A DNA stretch of 64,000 bases, taken from positions 32,001 through 96,000 of the IMG/VR virus record IMGVR_UViG_3300017821_000056; one strand, written 5' to 3'. Numbering within the stretch: the stretch's first letter is position 1; each line of letters opens with the position of its first letter. The translations under genes were made by a program, and so were the position numbers. This DNA comes from a virus. Lineage: Duplodnaviria; Caudoviricetes. Positions 1 through 8,834 of this stretch are shown here, piece after piece. The notes below the pieces were generated by a model. That model did not search any database. It saw only the letters and a program-made list of their open reading frames with translations, and was not told the DNA's origin.

Positions 1-104
1 TCAGCCATCCAGGCCACCATCTGCGCGGCCTCTTCCGCCGAGTAACCGCCCTGCTCGTAGTCGCGTCCCTCGAAGGTGTAGCGCAGCACCATCGGCCCGC
101 TCAT
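1..104 (-). CDS. hypothetical protein, partial (runs off left edge)
   Basis: ATG at 104, open to edge (MSGPMVLRYTFEGRDYEQGG), GC3-rich. Confidence 0.55.
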   Translation of the reverse strand, partial: MSGPMVLRYTFEGRDYEQGGYSAEEAAQMVAWMA

Positions 105-109
105 CGTCT

Positions 110-451
110 TCACAGCCCCTCATCCGGGTTGCAGTCGTACCGCACCAGCGACCAGCCGCGGCGGGTCCGCAGCCAGCGGTGTATGTCGCGGCGCATCTCA
201 GGGTCGGCGTACTGCGCTGCGTGCCATGCGTGCAGCCATGCCCGCTCCCAGGGGCCGTGCTGCGCCCGGCCGGCGTCGCGCAGCACGTCCATGTGATGCA
301 TGCGGTACACCGCGGAGCACGCCCCCGCCTCCTGGCCCGGTGTCACGGTGACCGCGGCATGGGCGGGCATCACGCCCAGGTTCGCCAGGATCGCCCCGGC
401 CGTGCAGCCCAGCGTGAACGCCACGGCAACGCGCCGGGTCAGCGTCCGCAC
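110..451 (-). CDS. secreted/membrane hypothetical protein
   Basis: Signal-peptide-like N-terminus ending PAHA; purine-rich RBS before GTG 451. Confidence 0.6.
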   Translation of the reverse strand: MRTLTRRVAVAFTLGCTAGAILANLGVMPAHAAVTVTPGQEAGACSAVYRMHHMDVLRDAGRAQHGPWERAWLHAWHAAQYADPEMRRDIHRWLRTRRGWSLVRYDCNPDEGL

Positions 452-590
452 CGCGCCGCCTCTTCCCCTTACTGCTGATCTGTGCTTACCCTTGACCCTG
501 GTCATGGCTTCCAGCTCCCTCAAGCTCGCCTGTCCGTGGCCTCCCGGTCCCGCGAGACTCTGACCTCCCGCGGGACCGTCATGCTTTTCC

Positions 591-791
591 CTACGCGATG
601 CCGAGCAGCTGCAGCAGCATGCCCCGCATGTTCGCCGTCAGGCCCAGCGAAACCCGGCCCCCGGTAGCGTCAGCCACCATCTGCCGGACATTGCCCGCCT
701 GGCCTTCGTCGAGCTCGACGTCGGTCACGTCCTGGCCGTCCACGCGGACAGTCCACGTGTTCAGGGTGATGTCCTCGGTCCTGGTCCTCAT
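591..791 (-). CDS. small hypothetical early protein
   Basis: GGAGG RBS, downstream of promoter 821-850. Confidence 0.7.
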   Translation of the reverse strand: MRTRTEDITLNTWTVRVDGQDVTDVELDEGQAGNVRQMVADATGGRVSLGLTANMRGMLLQLLGIA

Positions 792-820
792 TGCTGTCAC
801 CTCCCTTGCCCGATACCGCT

Positions 821-850
821 ATCATAGCGGATAGGTAGCGGATGCGTCAA
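821..850 (-). promoter_or_regulatory. sigma70-type promoter overlapped by TCCGCTA operator repeats
   Basis: TTGACG...TATGAT on minus strand; two TCCGCTA 11 bp apart. Confidence 0.75.
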
Positions 851-1038
851 CAGGGTACGAGCAGGGACTTCACCCCAAACCAAGCAGAGCCAAGAGCAGG
901 AATACGACCAGCCAAGAGCAGGAAAGCGACCAGACCAACAGCGCAAGCCAACAGCAGGAATGTTGTGCGCACCCGAACCCTGTAGGTACAGGTCGCGCGG
1001 TCCCTGGTGGGCCTGTAGTCGCGCCGGGAGGTGCAGCG

Positions 1039-1455
1039 TTGGCGGTTGCTAAGCGCCAGGTGATGTTCCGGGCGGCGTGTGACCTGCATGACCGTGCGGC
1101 GGAGCTGGCGAGCAGGCAGGGTGAGGCGCTGAACGAGGTGCTTACCCGGGCGCTGGAGGTGTACGTGGCGGGGGGGCTGCGGAGGGGCGCACCTGATATC
1201 ACCCCTGATATCACCCTGGAGCCTGCTAGCACCCCTGATATCACCCCTGGCCCTGATATCACCCCCGTAGAGGTGCTAGCACCCCCGGACGTGATATCAC
1301 CCCCGGACGCGGCGGCTAGGCCGCGGAGGCAGCGACGGGAGAAGGCCGTCACGGTTCCGGCCGCGTCTCCGTGGGCCGCAGTGCGCCGTGAGGACTGCCC
1401 GCACCGCGGGCTGCGCGGCGCCTACTGCAAACTCTGCCGCGCCACGGTCTGCTGA
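1039..1455 (+). CDS. ribbon-helix-helix DNA-binding protein with C-terminal Zn finger
   Basis: KRQVMFR...LHDRAAELASRQGEALNEVLTRALEVY; CPH...CKLC; GGGAGG RBS, TTG start. Confidence 0.7.
   Translation: MAVAKRQVMFRAACDLHDRAAELASRQGEALNEVLTRALEVYVAGGLRRGAPDITPDITLEPASTPDITPGPDITPVEVLAPPDVISPPDAAARPRRQRREKAVTVPAASPWAAVRREDCPHRGLRGAYCKLCRATVC
1194..1303. repeat. array of 7 palindromic octamers (TGATATCA x5, TGCTAGCA x2), each followed by a C-run
   Basis: Copies at 1194, 1206, 1224, 1236, 1254, 1274, 1292. Confidence 0.9.
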
Positions 1456-1605
1456 CCGGCCGCCTGGCGCGTCTCAGCGGGCCTCACAGCGGACGTGACG
1501 ACGGTCCTCCCCTCTCCTCGCTGCCAATGGTCCCGGCCTGTTACGGTGGCGCAGGATCGCAGCGACAGGGGGAAGAGAGGCGCCCCGCACCGTTACGCTC
1601 GACGC

Positions 1606-1782
1606 GTGGTTCTCTACATCTGGAATGATCGCAACCGCGCCACAGAGCCGGCGAAGGTGCTTGACCTGCCTGCGGTCCCCCGCGAGGGAGACACGGTGGC
1701 GCTGGAGGACATGGCGCGCGGGCGCGTGACACACGTGCACTGGGATTTCGCTAACGGCATCGTGCACGTGCATGCCAGCTAG
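1606..1782 (+). CDS. small hypothetical protein, probably leaderless
   Basis: TACGCT -10 six nt before GTG; LPAVPREGDTV...RVTHVHW. Confidence 0.6.
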   Translation: MVLYIWNDRNRATEPAKVLDLPAVPREGDTVALEDMARGRVTHVHWDFANGIVHVHAS

Positions 1783-1841
1783 CCGGCATGCATTAGCGCC
1801 CCGCCGGCTCTGGGCCGTACGGGGCGCGAGGTTGGTCCGGC

Positions 1842-2207
1842 CTAGGCCGTGAGCCGTTCGATGTGCTGCGGCAGCCAGCCGTCACAGATGCCCCCGGTAG
1901 TCGTCTCGGGGCACTCGCGCGCCACCGTGGCGACCAGCGCGCACACCTGGTACGGGGACATGAACCGCAGCTTCATCGCGTACGTGGCGCGCATCCTGGC
2001 CGTGACGAGCGACTTCCGTACCGCGTAGGCCACGGTGTGAACATCGGCGGGCAGGTCCGACTTGTCAGGCCTCGAGAGCGCGGCGAGGATGAGCTCCGTC
2101 CTCGAGCCGTCGTAGGCGATCCCGTCACGGTCCCGCAGCACGAAACGCTTGGTCCGCGGGCCGATCCCGACCGAACGCGCCACTTGGGCCGCTGTGATCT
2201 GTGGCAT
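1842..2207 (-). CDS. hypothetical protein
   Basis: AAGGAGGAG RBS, GC3-rich ORF. Confidence 0.75.
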   Translation of the reverse strand: MPQITAAQVARSVGIGPRTKRFVLRDRDGIAYDGSRTELILAALSRPDKSDLPADVHTVAYAVRKSLVTARMRATYAMKLRFMSPYQVCALVATVARECPETTTGGICDGWLPQHIERLTA

Positions 2208-2233
2208 CGCTCCTCCTTCTTCGCCGCCTAGTC

Positions 2234-2561
2234 CCTCTAGGCGCCTGCCACGGGATCACTGCATGCAGCGTCCCGTGACCAGCGTCTAGCCGGATTCAGT
2301 AGCCGACGCGGATCTGTACGCGCGGTTCGCGCCACGCGATGACGGCCGCCGTCTCGCGGTGCGCGTCCACGTACCGCACCGCGGCGTCTACGCCATCCGC
2401 GCCCGTCCACGTGACCACGCTGCCATCTGCCAGCTTGAGCTCGTACTGCTGCTGCGCCATCGCTGGGCCTCTCTTTCCCTCGGTGCGGTTTTCCAGGTCC
2501 TCTAGGCACCTGCCACAGTCCCGCCGTAGCGGGACCATGACCAGCGTCTAGCCGGTTCAGT
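2234..2561. repeat. two ~65 bp intergenic direct repeats (2234-2300, 2499-2561) with conserved ends and variable central hairpin
   Basis: CCTCTAGGCRCCTGCCAC...TGACCAGCGTCTAGCCGG(A)TTCAGT in both copies. Confidence 0.85.
2296..2460 (-). CDS. small hypothetical protein
   Basis: MAQQQYELKLADG; RBS GAAAGAGAGG. Confidence 0.7.
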   Translation of the reverse strand: MAQQQYELKLADGSVVTWTGADGVDAAVRYVDAHRETAAVIAWREPRVQIRVGY

Positions 2562-2724
2562 GGGTCAGGTAGCAGAACACTTCGCCGTCGTCCCAGTCCA
2601 TCGCCGCGTTGCCGTGGACCGGGCAGCCGATCGCGAGGGCGAAGATCTGCGCGTCGGTGAGGCCGTCCTCACGGGCCCGGGCCTCGGTCTGCGCGAACTG
2701 GGCCTCGGTCTGCATCCTGGTCAT
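2557..2724 (-). CDS. small hypothetical protein (55 aa, below ORF-track cutoff)
   Basis: GAGGAG RBS; MTRMQTEAQF...CPVHG...FCYLTH; follows promoter 2754-2782. Confidence 0.7.
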   Translation of the reverse strand: MTRMQTEAQFAQTEARAREDGLTDAQIFALAIGCPVHGNAAMDWDDGEVFCYLTH

Positions 2725-2753
2725 TGCTGCTCCTCTGTCGTGCCGATACCTAC

Positions 2754-2782
2754 ATCATAGCGGACACATAGCGGATACGCAA
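2754..2782 (-). promoter_or_regulatory. promoter with TCCGCTA operator repeats
   Basis: TTGCGT-17-TATGAT; near copy of 821-850. Confidence 0.75.
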
Positions 2783-3150
2783 GAGGCAGCCCCATACGTG
2801 CACGCACGCATGCGGCCAGGCCAGGACAGAGCTGGCAAGCAACGAGAAGGCAGGGCACAGCTCGGTACGCGAGCAGACGGCCGCGGGCACAGCTCGACCG
2901 GGCAGGGCACAAGCCAGCACTGGACCATGCCCGACCACGCCAGACAACCCTAGACCACGCTAGAGTGGATGATTCGGTCTAAACCAGGACAAAACGGGAA
3001 AGACCGTCAAGCTCTCTCTCGTGTTTCTCAGCAAAATCGCCCGGGGTGGGCCTGTTCCGTTGTCCCTGGTCAGGGCACTGGGTCCTGAAAATTGGGGTCG
3101 TGCGCGTACGCGAGGCTGTAACACGGCCTTTGGCCTGAGATGATGGCGCG

Positions 3151-3543
3151 GTGAAGGACCTGATCGCGTTCCTGGGTGCCCGGCTGGATGAGACTGCGGC
3201 GCGGGCGTGGGCTGTCCATGACGTGGAGCGGTGCGATGCCCTCTTGTACGAGGAGGATATGGGGGCTGCTGCCGCGCGCACCCCGGAGTGCGATTGCGGC
3301 TGCTCGGCCCGCGTGCTCCGTGGGGTGGGGGCTATGCGGGAGCTGATCACTTACGCTCTGGAGAACGCCGCGATGATCGACGGCGAGTGGGGCGACTGCC
3401 ATGAGGCTGCGGAGATCGCTAGCGGGCTGTGCGCGGATCATGGCGTGAAGGCTGCGGGCAGGGGCCTGGGGCTGCTCGCCGCGATCTGGCGGGATCATCC
3501 GGATTTCCGCCAGGAGTGGGCTCCCTCGGGCGGGGCTGTGTTA
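3151..3543 (+). CDS. DUF6221-like protein, apparently ending at an in-frame TTA
   Basis: LIAFLGARLDE...LLAAIWRDHPDFRQEWAP family-like ends; TTA 3541 followed by the promoter of the next gene. Confidence 0.7.
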
Positions 3544-3552
3544 CGGTCCCGC

Positions 3553-3589
3553 TTGCCACCCCGCTACCTGTCCGCTACACTGTCCGCTA
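3553..3589 (+). promoter_or_regulatory. leaderless promoter with three CCGCTA repeats
   Basis: TTGCCA-17-TACACT-7-ATG. Confidence 0.75.
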
Positions 3590-3960
3590 TGAACTCTGTG
3601 AAGCTGCCCCCCACCTCCGTAAATCTGGCCCCGGAGGAGAAAGCCAGGGTGAAGGCCCTGGGCGTGCCGCTGCGTACCGTGATCCTGACGGGGCTGGATG
3701 TCCTGGAAAGGGAACGGGCCGGTTCCGGTGAGGCTGCCGCGTCCGTTTACGCGGATCAGGCGGCGATGGTGCGGGCGATGGTCGCGGCGGAAGTGGACCG
3801 CAGGCTCCGGGAATGTGAGAGCGGCGCCGGGGGGGAGAAGGGGCTGCGGACTGCGCGGAAGCGGGCCGCCGCCCCGGTGAGGCACGCGGTGCCCGCGGCG
3901 GCATCCTCCGGTGATCCTGTTCCCGTCAGGTTCCAGCCGGGTACGGAGCCGGCGAGATGA
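3589..3960 (+). CDS. putative RHH-like transcriptional regulator
   Basis: PTSVNLAPEEKARVKALGVPLRTVILTGLDVLE; has its own promoter. Confidence 0.6.
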   Translation: MNSVKLPPTSVNLAPEEKARVKALGVPLRTVILTGLDVLERERAGSGEAAASVYADQAAMVRAMVAAEVDRRLRECESGAGGEKGLRTARKRAAAPVRHAVPAAASSGDPVPVRFQPGTEPAR

Positions 3961-4163
3961 GAGCGCCGGGCATGTACGCCTCCGAGGTGTGGCGCGACTA
4001 CCGCCGTGGCGCGAACGCCGTCGAGGCGGCGCTGATCGATCTCCAGGGGCAGCATGGCCTCACCGACCTGGAGATGGTCACGGCCCTGGAGGACTACCAG
4101 CGGACGCTTCTCGGGCACATGCTGAAGAAGCAGCACGCGCGCAAGCAGGGCCGGGCGTCATGA
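3957..4163 (+). CDS. hypothetical protein
   Basis: ATGA-coupled on both sides. Confidence 0.7.
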   Translation: MRAPGMYASEVWRDYRRGANAVEAALIDLQGQHGLTDLEMVTALEDYQRTLLGHMLKKQHARKQGRAS

Positions 4164-4429
4164 ACGACTACCTCGCGGTCGCGCAGTACTTCAACGACCG
4201 CCGCACTGCCCATGAGTTCGCCGTTGCCGCTAACTGGCGCTGTGCCATCTGCGGACGGAAGATCAGAACCGGGCAGCCCTGGACGAGCCTCCTCCCGTCG
4301 TGGGCTCCTGCTCACGGTTCCTGCGTCCCGTCCTCGTCGATGCACGACCTCCGGGAAACCTGGGGCGAGCCTGCATACGACCGGTGGCTGTGGTCCCCGT
4401 TCCTGCCCGACCTGCGGGCGGCGTCATGA
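4160..4429 (+). CDS. Zn-finger hypothetical protein
   Basis: CAICGRKI...HGSC; ATGA overlap. Confidence 0.7.
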   Translation: MNDYLAVAQYFNDRRTAHEFAVAANWRCAICGRKIRTGQPWTSLLPSWAPAHGSCVPSSSMHDLRETWGEPAYDRWLWSPFLPDLRAAS

Positions 4430-4560
4430 GCGGCGAGGACCCCAGCTTCCCGGTGCCGGAGGACGAGCAGCCTGCGCTGTTCCCGGAGGGGTTCTCCCCT
4501 GCGGAGGAACTCGCCGTGCTCCGGGCTGAGATACGGCTGGGCAGGCAGGGAACGCCGTGA
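4426..4560 (+). CDS. small hypothetical protein
   Basis: ATGA/GTGA overlaps. Confidence 0.6.
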   Translation: MSGEDPSFPVPEDEQPALFPEGFSPAEELAVLRAEIRLGRQGTP

Positions 4561-5153
4561 GGTGCCCCTGCTGCGGTTCTCCCGGCCCCTGCTACTGCTA
4601 CCGGAACCGTCCCGCACGGAACCGTGACACGGGGTACCGGCCGGCGCGGCGCGCGCAGCCGGGGACGCCGGCGGGCAATGGCGGCCCGGTTTTCCTCATC
4701 TGCCTCATGATCCTGGTCGCCGGGTTCTGGCCCGCGATGGTGTGGCACGGGTACGGCGGTCCCGAGGGGACGTCGTGGCGGTGGGACATCCACTCCACGA
4801 TCGCCTGCCTGATCTGGTGGGGGCTCACCATCGTGCCGCTCACGGTGGCGGCCGTCATCAGCGCGGGCAGGAAGCGGAAGCTGGGCAGGGCCGCCCCGGA
4901 AGCCGCGCGGGCAGTTACCGGGGCGCGGGCACTCACAGCCGAGGCGGCGAAAGTCCCGGAACCTCCCGTGTGCCGGCATCTGAACGCCGTCCGGGTGGAC
5001 TCGGTGCTCGACCCGAAACTTGTCTGGCAATGCTGGTGCCCCGACTGCGACCCTGACTGCGAGACCCCGCTGCCGGCGGATTTCAGGCGGCCCTGCTGCG
5101 GCACCGAACCCGAAGCGCCCCACCTGTACAACTGCCCGGAAACGCGGCAGTGA
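4557..5153 (+). CDS. two-TM membrane protein with Cys-rich termini
   Basis: Two hydrophobic spans; CxC/CxxC clusters. Confidence 0.7.
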   Translation: MRCPCCGSPGPCYCYRNRPARNRDTGYRPARRAQPGTPAGNGGPVFLICLMILVAGFWPAMVWHGYGGPEGTSWRWDIHSTIACLIWWGLTIVPLTVAAVISAGRKRKLGRAAPEAARAVTGARALTAEAAKVPEPPVCRHLNAVRVDSVLDPKLVWQCWCPDCDPDCETPLPADFRRPCCGTEPEAPHLYNCPETRQ

Positions 5154-5713
5154 ACCGGAGTCTCCTCCTCGCTGCCGCCCTTGCCTGCATGATGCTGGCG
5201 GCCTGCTCCCCGGCTGCCGCCGCCCCTCAGGATGCTGTTGCCGTCACGCACGGGCTGAAGCAGGTCCACGACCCCGGGCGGGTCACGGGAACCATCACCG
5301 GCCGCTGCGCCTACCGGGACCGCGGCCTCCTCCCCGACCCGCGCTGCACCCCCGGCAGCATTGATCCGGCCGTCACCCAGGCGGACATCGGCTCCACCAT
5401 CTGCAGGGAAGGCTGGACCCGGACAGCGCGGCCCCCGGAATCACAGACGGAAACGTTCAAGTTTCAGGTGGCCTACCCCGCCTACGGAGCATCGGGGCGG
5501 ACCGAGCTCGACCACCTGGTCCCCCTGGAACTGGGCGGCAGCAACGACGCCAGCAACCTGTGGCCTGAGTACCCGCCGACGCCCAACCCGAAGGATGACG
5601 TGGAGTACGCGCTGAACCGGGCGGTCTGCGACGGCAAGGTCACGCTCACAGCAGCGCAGAACGCAATCGCCTCGGACTGGCCCACGGCCGAGAAGAAACT
5701 GGGGGTCGGGTGA
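5150..5713 (+). CDS. secreted lipoprotein with HNH-like nuclease fold
   Basis: Lipobox LAAC; ELDHLVPLELGGSNDASNLWPE. Confidence 0.75.
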   Translation: MNRSLLLAAALACMMLAACSPAAAAPQDAVAVTHGLKQVHDPGRVTGTITGRCAYRDRGLLPDPRCTPGSIDPAVTQADIGSTICREGWTRTARPPESQTETFKFQVAYPAYGASGRTELDHLVPLELGGSNDASNLWPEYPPTPNPKDDVEYALNRAVCDGKVTLTAAQNAIASDWPTAEKKLGVG

Positions 5714-5935
5714 GCGGCAGCCTTGACTCCGACCTAGCCCGCCTTCAGCTCATCGCTGAGGCCAAGGGCCGGCGGGGCATCCTGGGCTGTCATCGGACGT
5801 ACCCTCGGCCAGCCCCCGAAGGTAGCCAAGCGGGACGCCAAGAGGCTGGCGCGCAAGACGAGCCGGGCAGCGTGGCAGCAGGAGAACGCCACGCGCGAGG
5901 CTGTGTCACAGGCTGGAGGCCGCGATTACCGCTGA
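5710..5935 (+). pseudogene. HTH protein with +1 frameshift near 5765
   Basis: LQLIAEAK continues in +1 frame as GASWAVIGRTLGQPPKVAKR to TGA 5933. Confidence 0.6.
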
Positions 5936-6353
5936 CGGCTGGTGCCCCGCCCACCACTGCTTCCGCACCGAATGCTCCGGGCGGACCCACGTCCGCACCG
6001 TCCGCTGCCTGGACGCCCTATGGGACAAGGTGGCCGCTAAAGCAGCGGCGAAGGGGATGGATACTAACGCCGGGGTCATGGCGGCACTGGAAGCGTGGGC
6101 TGGCGGGGAGACGAGACGCTGGCGGGACACGAAGCACGCCGCCGCAGTGCAGTGGGCCGCCGTCCTCGATGATGACGGCTTCTCCGAGTTCGTCACCGAG
6201 ATCACCGAAGCGGCGGCCGGGGGCGACCCCGCCGCGATCCGGGCATGCCTGCGGGAATGGCGGGTCACCGCCGGGGCCCTGTCCGGCCCGGGCCGGGCCG
6301 TGCTGACCGGGACGCCTGCGGACGGGGACTTCACCGAAGCGGCGGGGCCGTGA
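5925..6353 (+). CDS. RHH-domain protein with probable ATT start
   Basis: GGAGG-5nt-ATT; RHH motif RTVRCLDALWDKVAAKA begins upstream of the first GTG (6030). Confidence 0.65.
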   Translation: MTADGWCPAHHCFRTECSGRTHVRTVRCLDALWDKVAAKAAAKGMDTNAGVMAALEAWAGGETRRWRDTKHAAAVQWAAVLDDDGFSEFVTEITEAAAGGDPAAIRACLREWRVTAGALSGPGRAVLTGTPADGDFTEAAGP

Positions 6354-6559
6354 AGAAGCTGCGGGACTGGCGGGCGATCCGGCAGGCAGCGGCAGGTGAG
6401 CGGCTGGCGGCTTTCCGCGGCGGACCCAGGGAACGCTTCCATGCCTCGCTGGCGATGGCGGTGCGCAGCTCAGTGATCACCGGCAGCCCAGTCCCTGTCG
6501 ATAAGTGCCTGCGACGATGGTCCGCCGTGGTCGCGGAGATCCTGTCGGAACCGCGCTAG
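6350..6559 (+). CDS. hypothetical protein
   Basis: GTGA overlap. Confidence 0.55.
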   Translation: MKKLRDWRAIRQAAAGERLAAFRGGPRERFHASLAMAVRSSVITGSPVPVDKCLRRWSAVVAEILSEPR

Positions 6560-6602
6560 GACCATTGCAGCACCCGCGACCACCGCAGCACGACTTCCTT
6601 GC

Positions 6603-6809
6603 TCACCGGGCAATCTCCCGCCGCGCCTCTTCCGGCAGCCAGCCCTCCAGCCGGGGCAGGTCGCACGTGAAGATCCGCTCGTGGACGATGCTGTCGGTCT
6701 CGAGCCCTTCGTCGATCACCTGCCGCATCCGGGCGACGGCGCTGGCGAGGTCAATGAGCCTGACGGGGATCATGTCGTCGCCATGCTCAGCGAAGTAGTC
6801 AGGCTCCAT
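6603..6809 (-). CDS. hypothetical protein
   Basis: TGATG coupling with upstream minus gene. Confidence 0.65.
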   Translation of the reverse strand: MEPDYFAEHGDDMIPVRLIDLASAVARMRQVIDEGLETDSIVHERIFTCDLPRLEGWLPEEARREIAR

Positions 6810-6988
6810 CAGGTGTGCTCCCACTCCACTTCGCACGGGCACAGCGCGCACCCCTCGTGATCCCGCCAGTCACCCCAGCACGCCTTGTGCTCGGTAGCGT
6901 CGTGGCCGCAACCGCAGCCGGGAAACATCTGCACTGACGAGTAGTCCTCCCAGGCGTGCGGGCCGTCGTCTTCCTCGCTGCTGCTCAT
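6809..6988 (-). CDS. small Cys/His-rich protein, leaderless
   Basis: CGCGH...H...CALCPC; CAGGAT -10 before ATG. Confidence 0.65.
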   Translation of the reverse strand: MSSSEEDDGPHAWEDYSSVQMFPGCGCGHDATEHKACWGDWRDHEGCALCPCEVEWEHT

Positions 6989-7023
6989 AGCCCCCCATCC
7001 TGCCCGATCCGGGGAGGCGTCAC

Positions 7024-8823
7024 GTGGCCGGCGAGATCCAGTTCCCCGACGGCTACGAGAACTGGCCCCCCGAGATCCGCAAGCGGTGGCTCGAGGACTA
7101 CCACGCCCTGTACTTCCCCAAGCTCCGCTGGTGGGACAAGCCCGAAAGCGACGACGAGGACACCAGCGGCCCCCGCCCGAAACAGCTCCCCCCCGATCAC
7201 CCCCGCCACGGAGACCCGGACATGCGGGGCTACCGGTGCGGGTGCGTCCACAAGCTCCCGAACTGCCCTGACTGTCCCCCATGCCCCGGTAACCCGGACT
7301 GGTCAATCTGGCTCCAGCTCACGGCCCGGGGGACAGGGAAAACCAAGGCCGGAAGCAACTGGGTGCTCGAGATGGCCCTGTCCAAGCCCGGACTGTACGT
7401 CGGGCTGTGCGCCCCCACCCACGACGACATCCGCTCCATATGCATCGAGGGGGATAGCGGAATCCTCGCCGAGGCGCGCAGGAACGGCATCGATATCCCC
7501 GAGAAGTCGTACAACAAGAACCGGCAGGAGATCGAGCTTTCCAACGGGTCGAAGATCCGCGGGTTCTCCGCCGAGAAACCCGAATCGATCCGCGGCGAGA
7601 ACCTGAGTTACGTCTGGTTCGACGAGCTGGCGATGATCCGGTACTTCAGCTTCTACCATGAGGGCTTGCAGCCGGCGATGCGCAAGGGCGACAACCCCCG
7701 GCTGATGATCACTACCACCCCGAAACGGGTCCGGCTGATCCGCGACCTGATCGACGAGGCGAAGTTCGAGTTCGCCGGGGAAGACGGCGGCCCTGGGACC
7801 GGGGTCCACCTGACCGAGGCGATCACGGCGGAGAACATCCACTTCTCCCGTAAGCAGCGGGAACGGCTGGAACGCAAGTACGCCGGGAACCCGGTCATGC
7901 TCGCCCAGGAACTCCGCGGCGAGATGCTCGCCGAAGTCGACGGGACCCTGTTCCCGATCGGCCAGTTCAACGAGACCCGCGTGTTCCCCGGTGATGCGCT
8001 GCCGAAGTGGCGGCAGGTTGTGGTGGCGATCGACCCGGCCACCACCAGCCGGGATTCCAGCGACGAGACCGGGATCGTGGTCGCGACCGAGGGGGAGGAC
8101 GGGGAGTTCTACTGCCTGGAGGACTGCTCCGGGAAGTTCCCCCCCGACCAGCAGATGCGCGTCGTCGCCGAGGCGTTCCACCGCCACGACGCCGACTGCG
8201 TGGTCGGCGAAGTGAACATGACCGGCGACTACATGCGGTCCCTGCTGAACACCGTGGACCCGAACATCCCGCTCCGGTCCGTCCACGGGATGCGCGGCAA
8301 GGTGTCCCGCGCGCAAGGCCCGTCGTCGCTTTTCATGCAGGGCCGGATCCACATGGTCGGGGATCACTTCGCCAAGCTTGAGGACCAGCTCTCCGCGATG
8401 GCCGAGGGTGATGACCGGTCGAGGATGAAGGACGACCGGGCCGACGCTTTCGTCTGGGCGATGATCCACCTGTCCGGCGCAGGGCAGGGTGACTGGGGCA
8501 TGGTCTACGGGTTTGATGACTGCGGGTCCTGCGGTGCCAGGGTGAACGTCGACAAGGACGAGCGGTGCCGCAACTGCGGTGCCCCGGTAGCCAAGTTCGC
8601 CCCCAAGCACCCCGGCGGCTCAAAGGCCCGGGAACCCTGGTCGGCTGCCTACCTGAACACGTGCCCGAAGTGCGAGAAAACCTACCCGAGGCATGAGCGG
8701 ACCTGCCCCCATTGCAGCCTGAGCCCTGAGAGTTACATGCGCAGGGCGCTGGCGATCAGCGGGGGGAACGCCGGAGGGCTGGGGTACTCAGGGAAAGACA
8801 TCCTGCGGGGGCGGCGGTTCTGA
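7024..8823 (+). CDS. terL: terminase large subunit with C-terminal double Zn ribbon
   Basis: Walker A TARGTGKT, Walker B VWFDE, ITTTP coupling motif, nuclease VAIDPA...DDRADA. Confidence 0.95.
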   Translation: MAGEIQFPDGYENWPPEIRKRWLEDYHALYFPKLRWWDKPESDDEDTSGPRPKQLPPDHPRHGDPDMRGYRCGCVHKLPNCPDCPPCPGNPDWSIWLQLTARGTGKTKAGSNWVLEMALSKPGLYVGLCAPTHDDIRSICIEGDSGILAEARRNGIDIPEKSYNKNRQEIELSNGSKIRGFSAEKPESIRGENLSYVWFDELAMIRYFSFYHEGLQPAMRKGDNPRLMITTTPKRVRLIRDLIDEAKFEFAGEDGGPGTGVHLTEAITAENIHFSRKQRERLERKYAGNPVMLAQELRGEMLAEVDGTLFPIGQFNETRVFPGDALPKWRQVVVAIDPATTSRDSSDETGIVVATEGEDGEFYCLEDCSGKFPPDQQMRVVAEAFHRHDADCVVGEVNMTGDYMRSLLNTVDPNIPLRSVHGMRGKVSRAQGPSSLFMQGRIHMVGDHFAKLEDQLSAMAEGDDRSRMKDDRADAFVWAMIHLSGAGQGDWGMVYGFDDCGSCGARVNVDKDERCRNCGAPVAKFAPKHPGGSKAREPWSAAYLNTCPKCEKTYPRHERTCPHCSLSPESYMRRALAISGGNAGGLGYSGKDILRGRRF

Positions 8824-8834
8824 GGGGGGCGACG

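Noticed and set aside
2234-2561. Possible CRISPR array
   Set aside because: Only two long imperfect repeats separated by a gene; no cas genes.
2950-3120. Possible genome terminus (cos/pac) in the AT-richer divergence region
   Set aside because: Plausible by position but no diagnostic sequence; needs read-end data.
5926-5928. TTA in frame with ORF 5710 as another TTA-stop (ATTA mimicking ATGA)
   Set aside because: The HTH motif shows the real reading moves to the +1 frame near 5765 and ends at TGA 5933, so this TTA is not counted.
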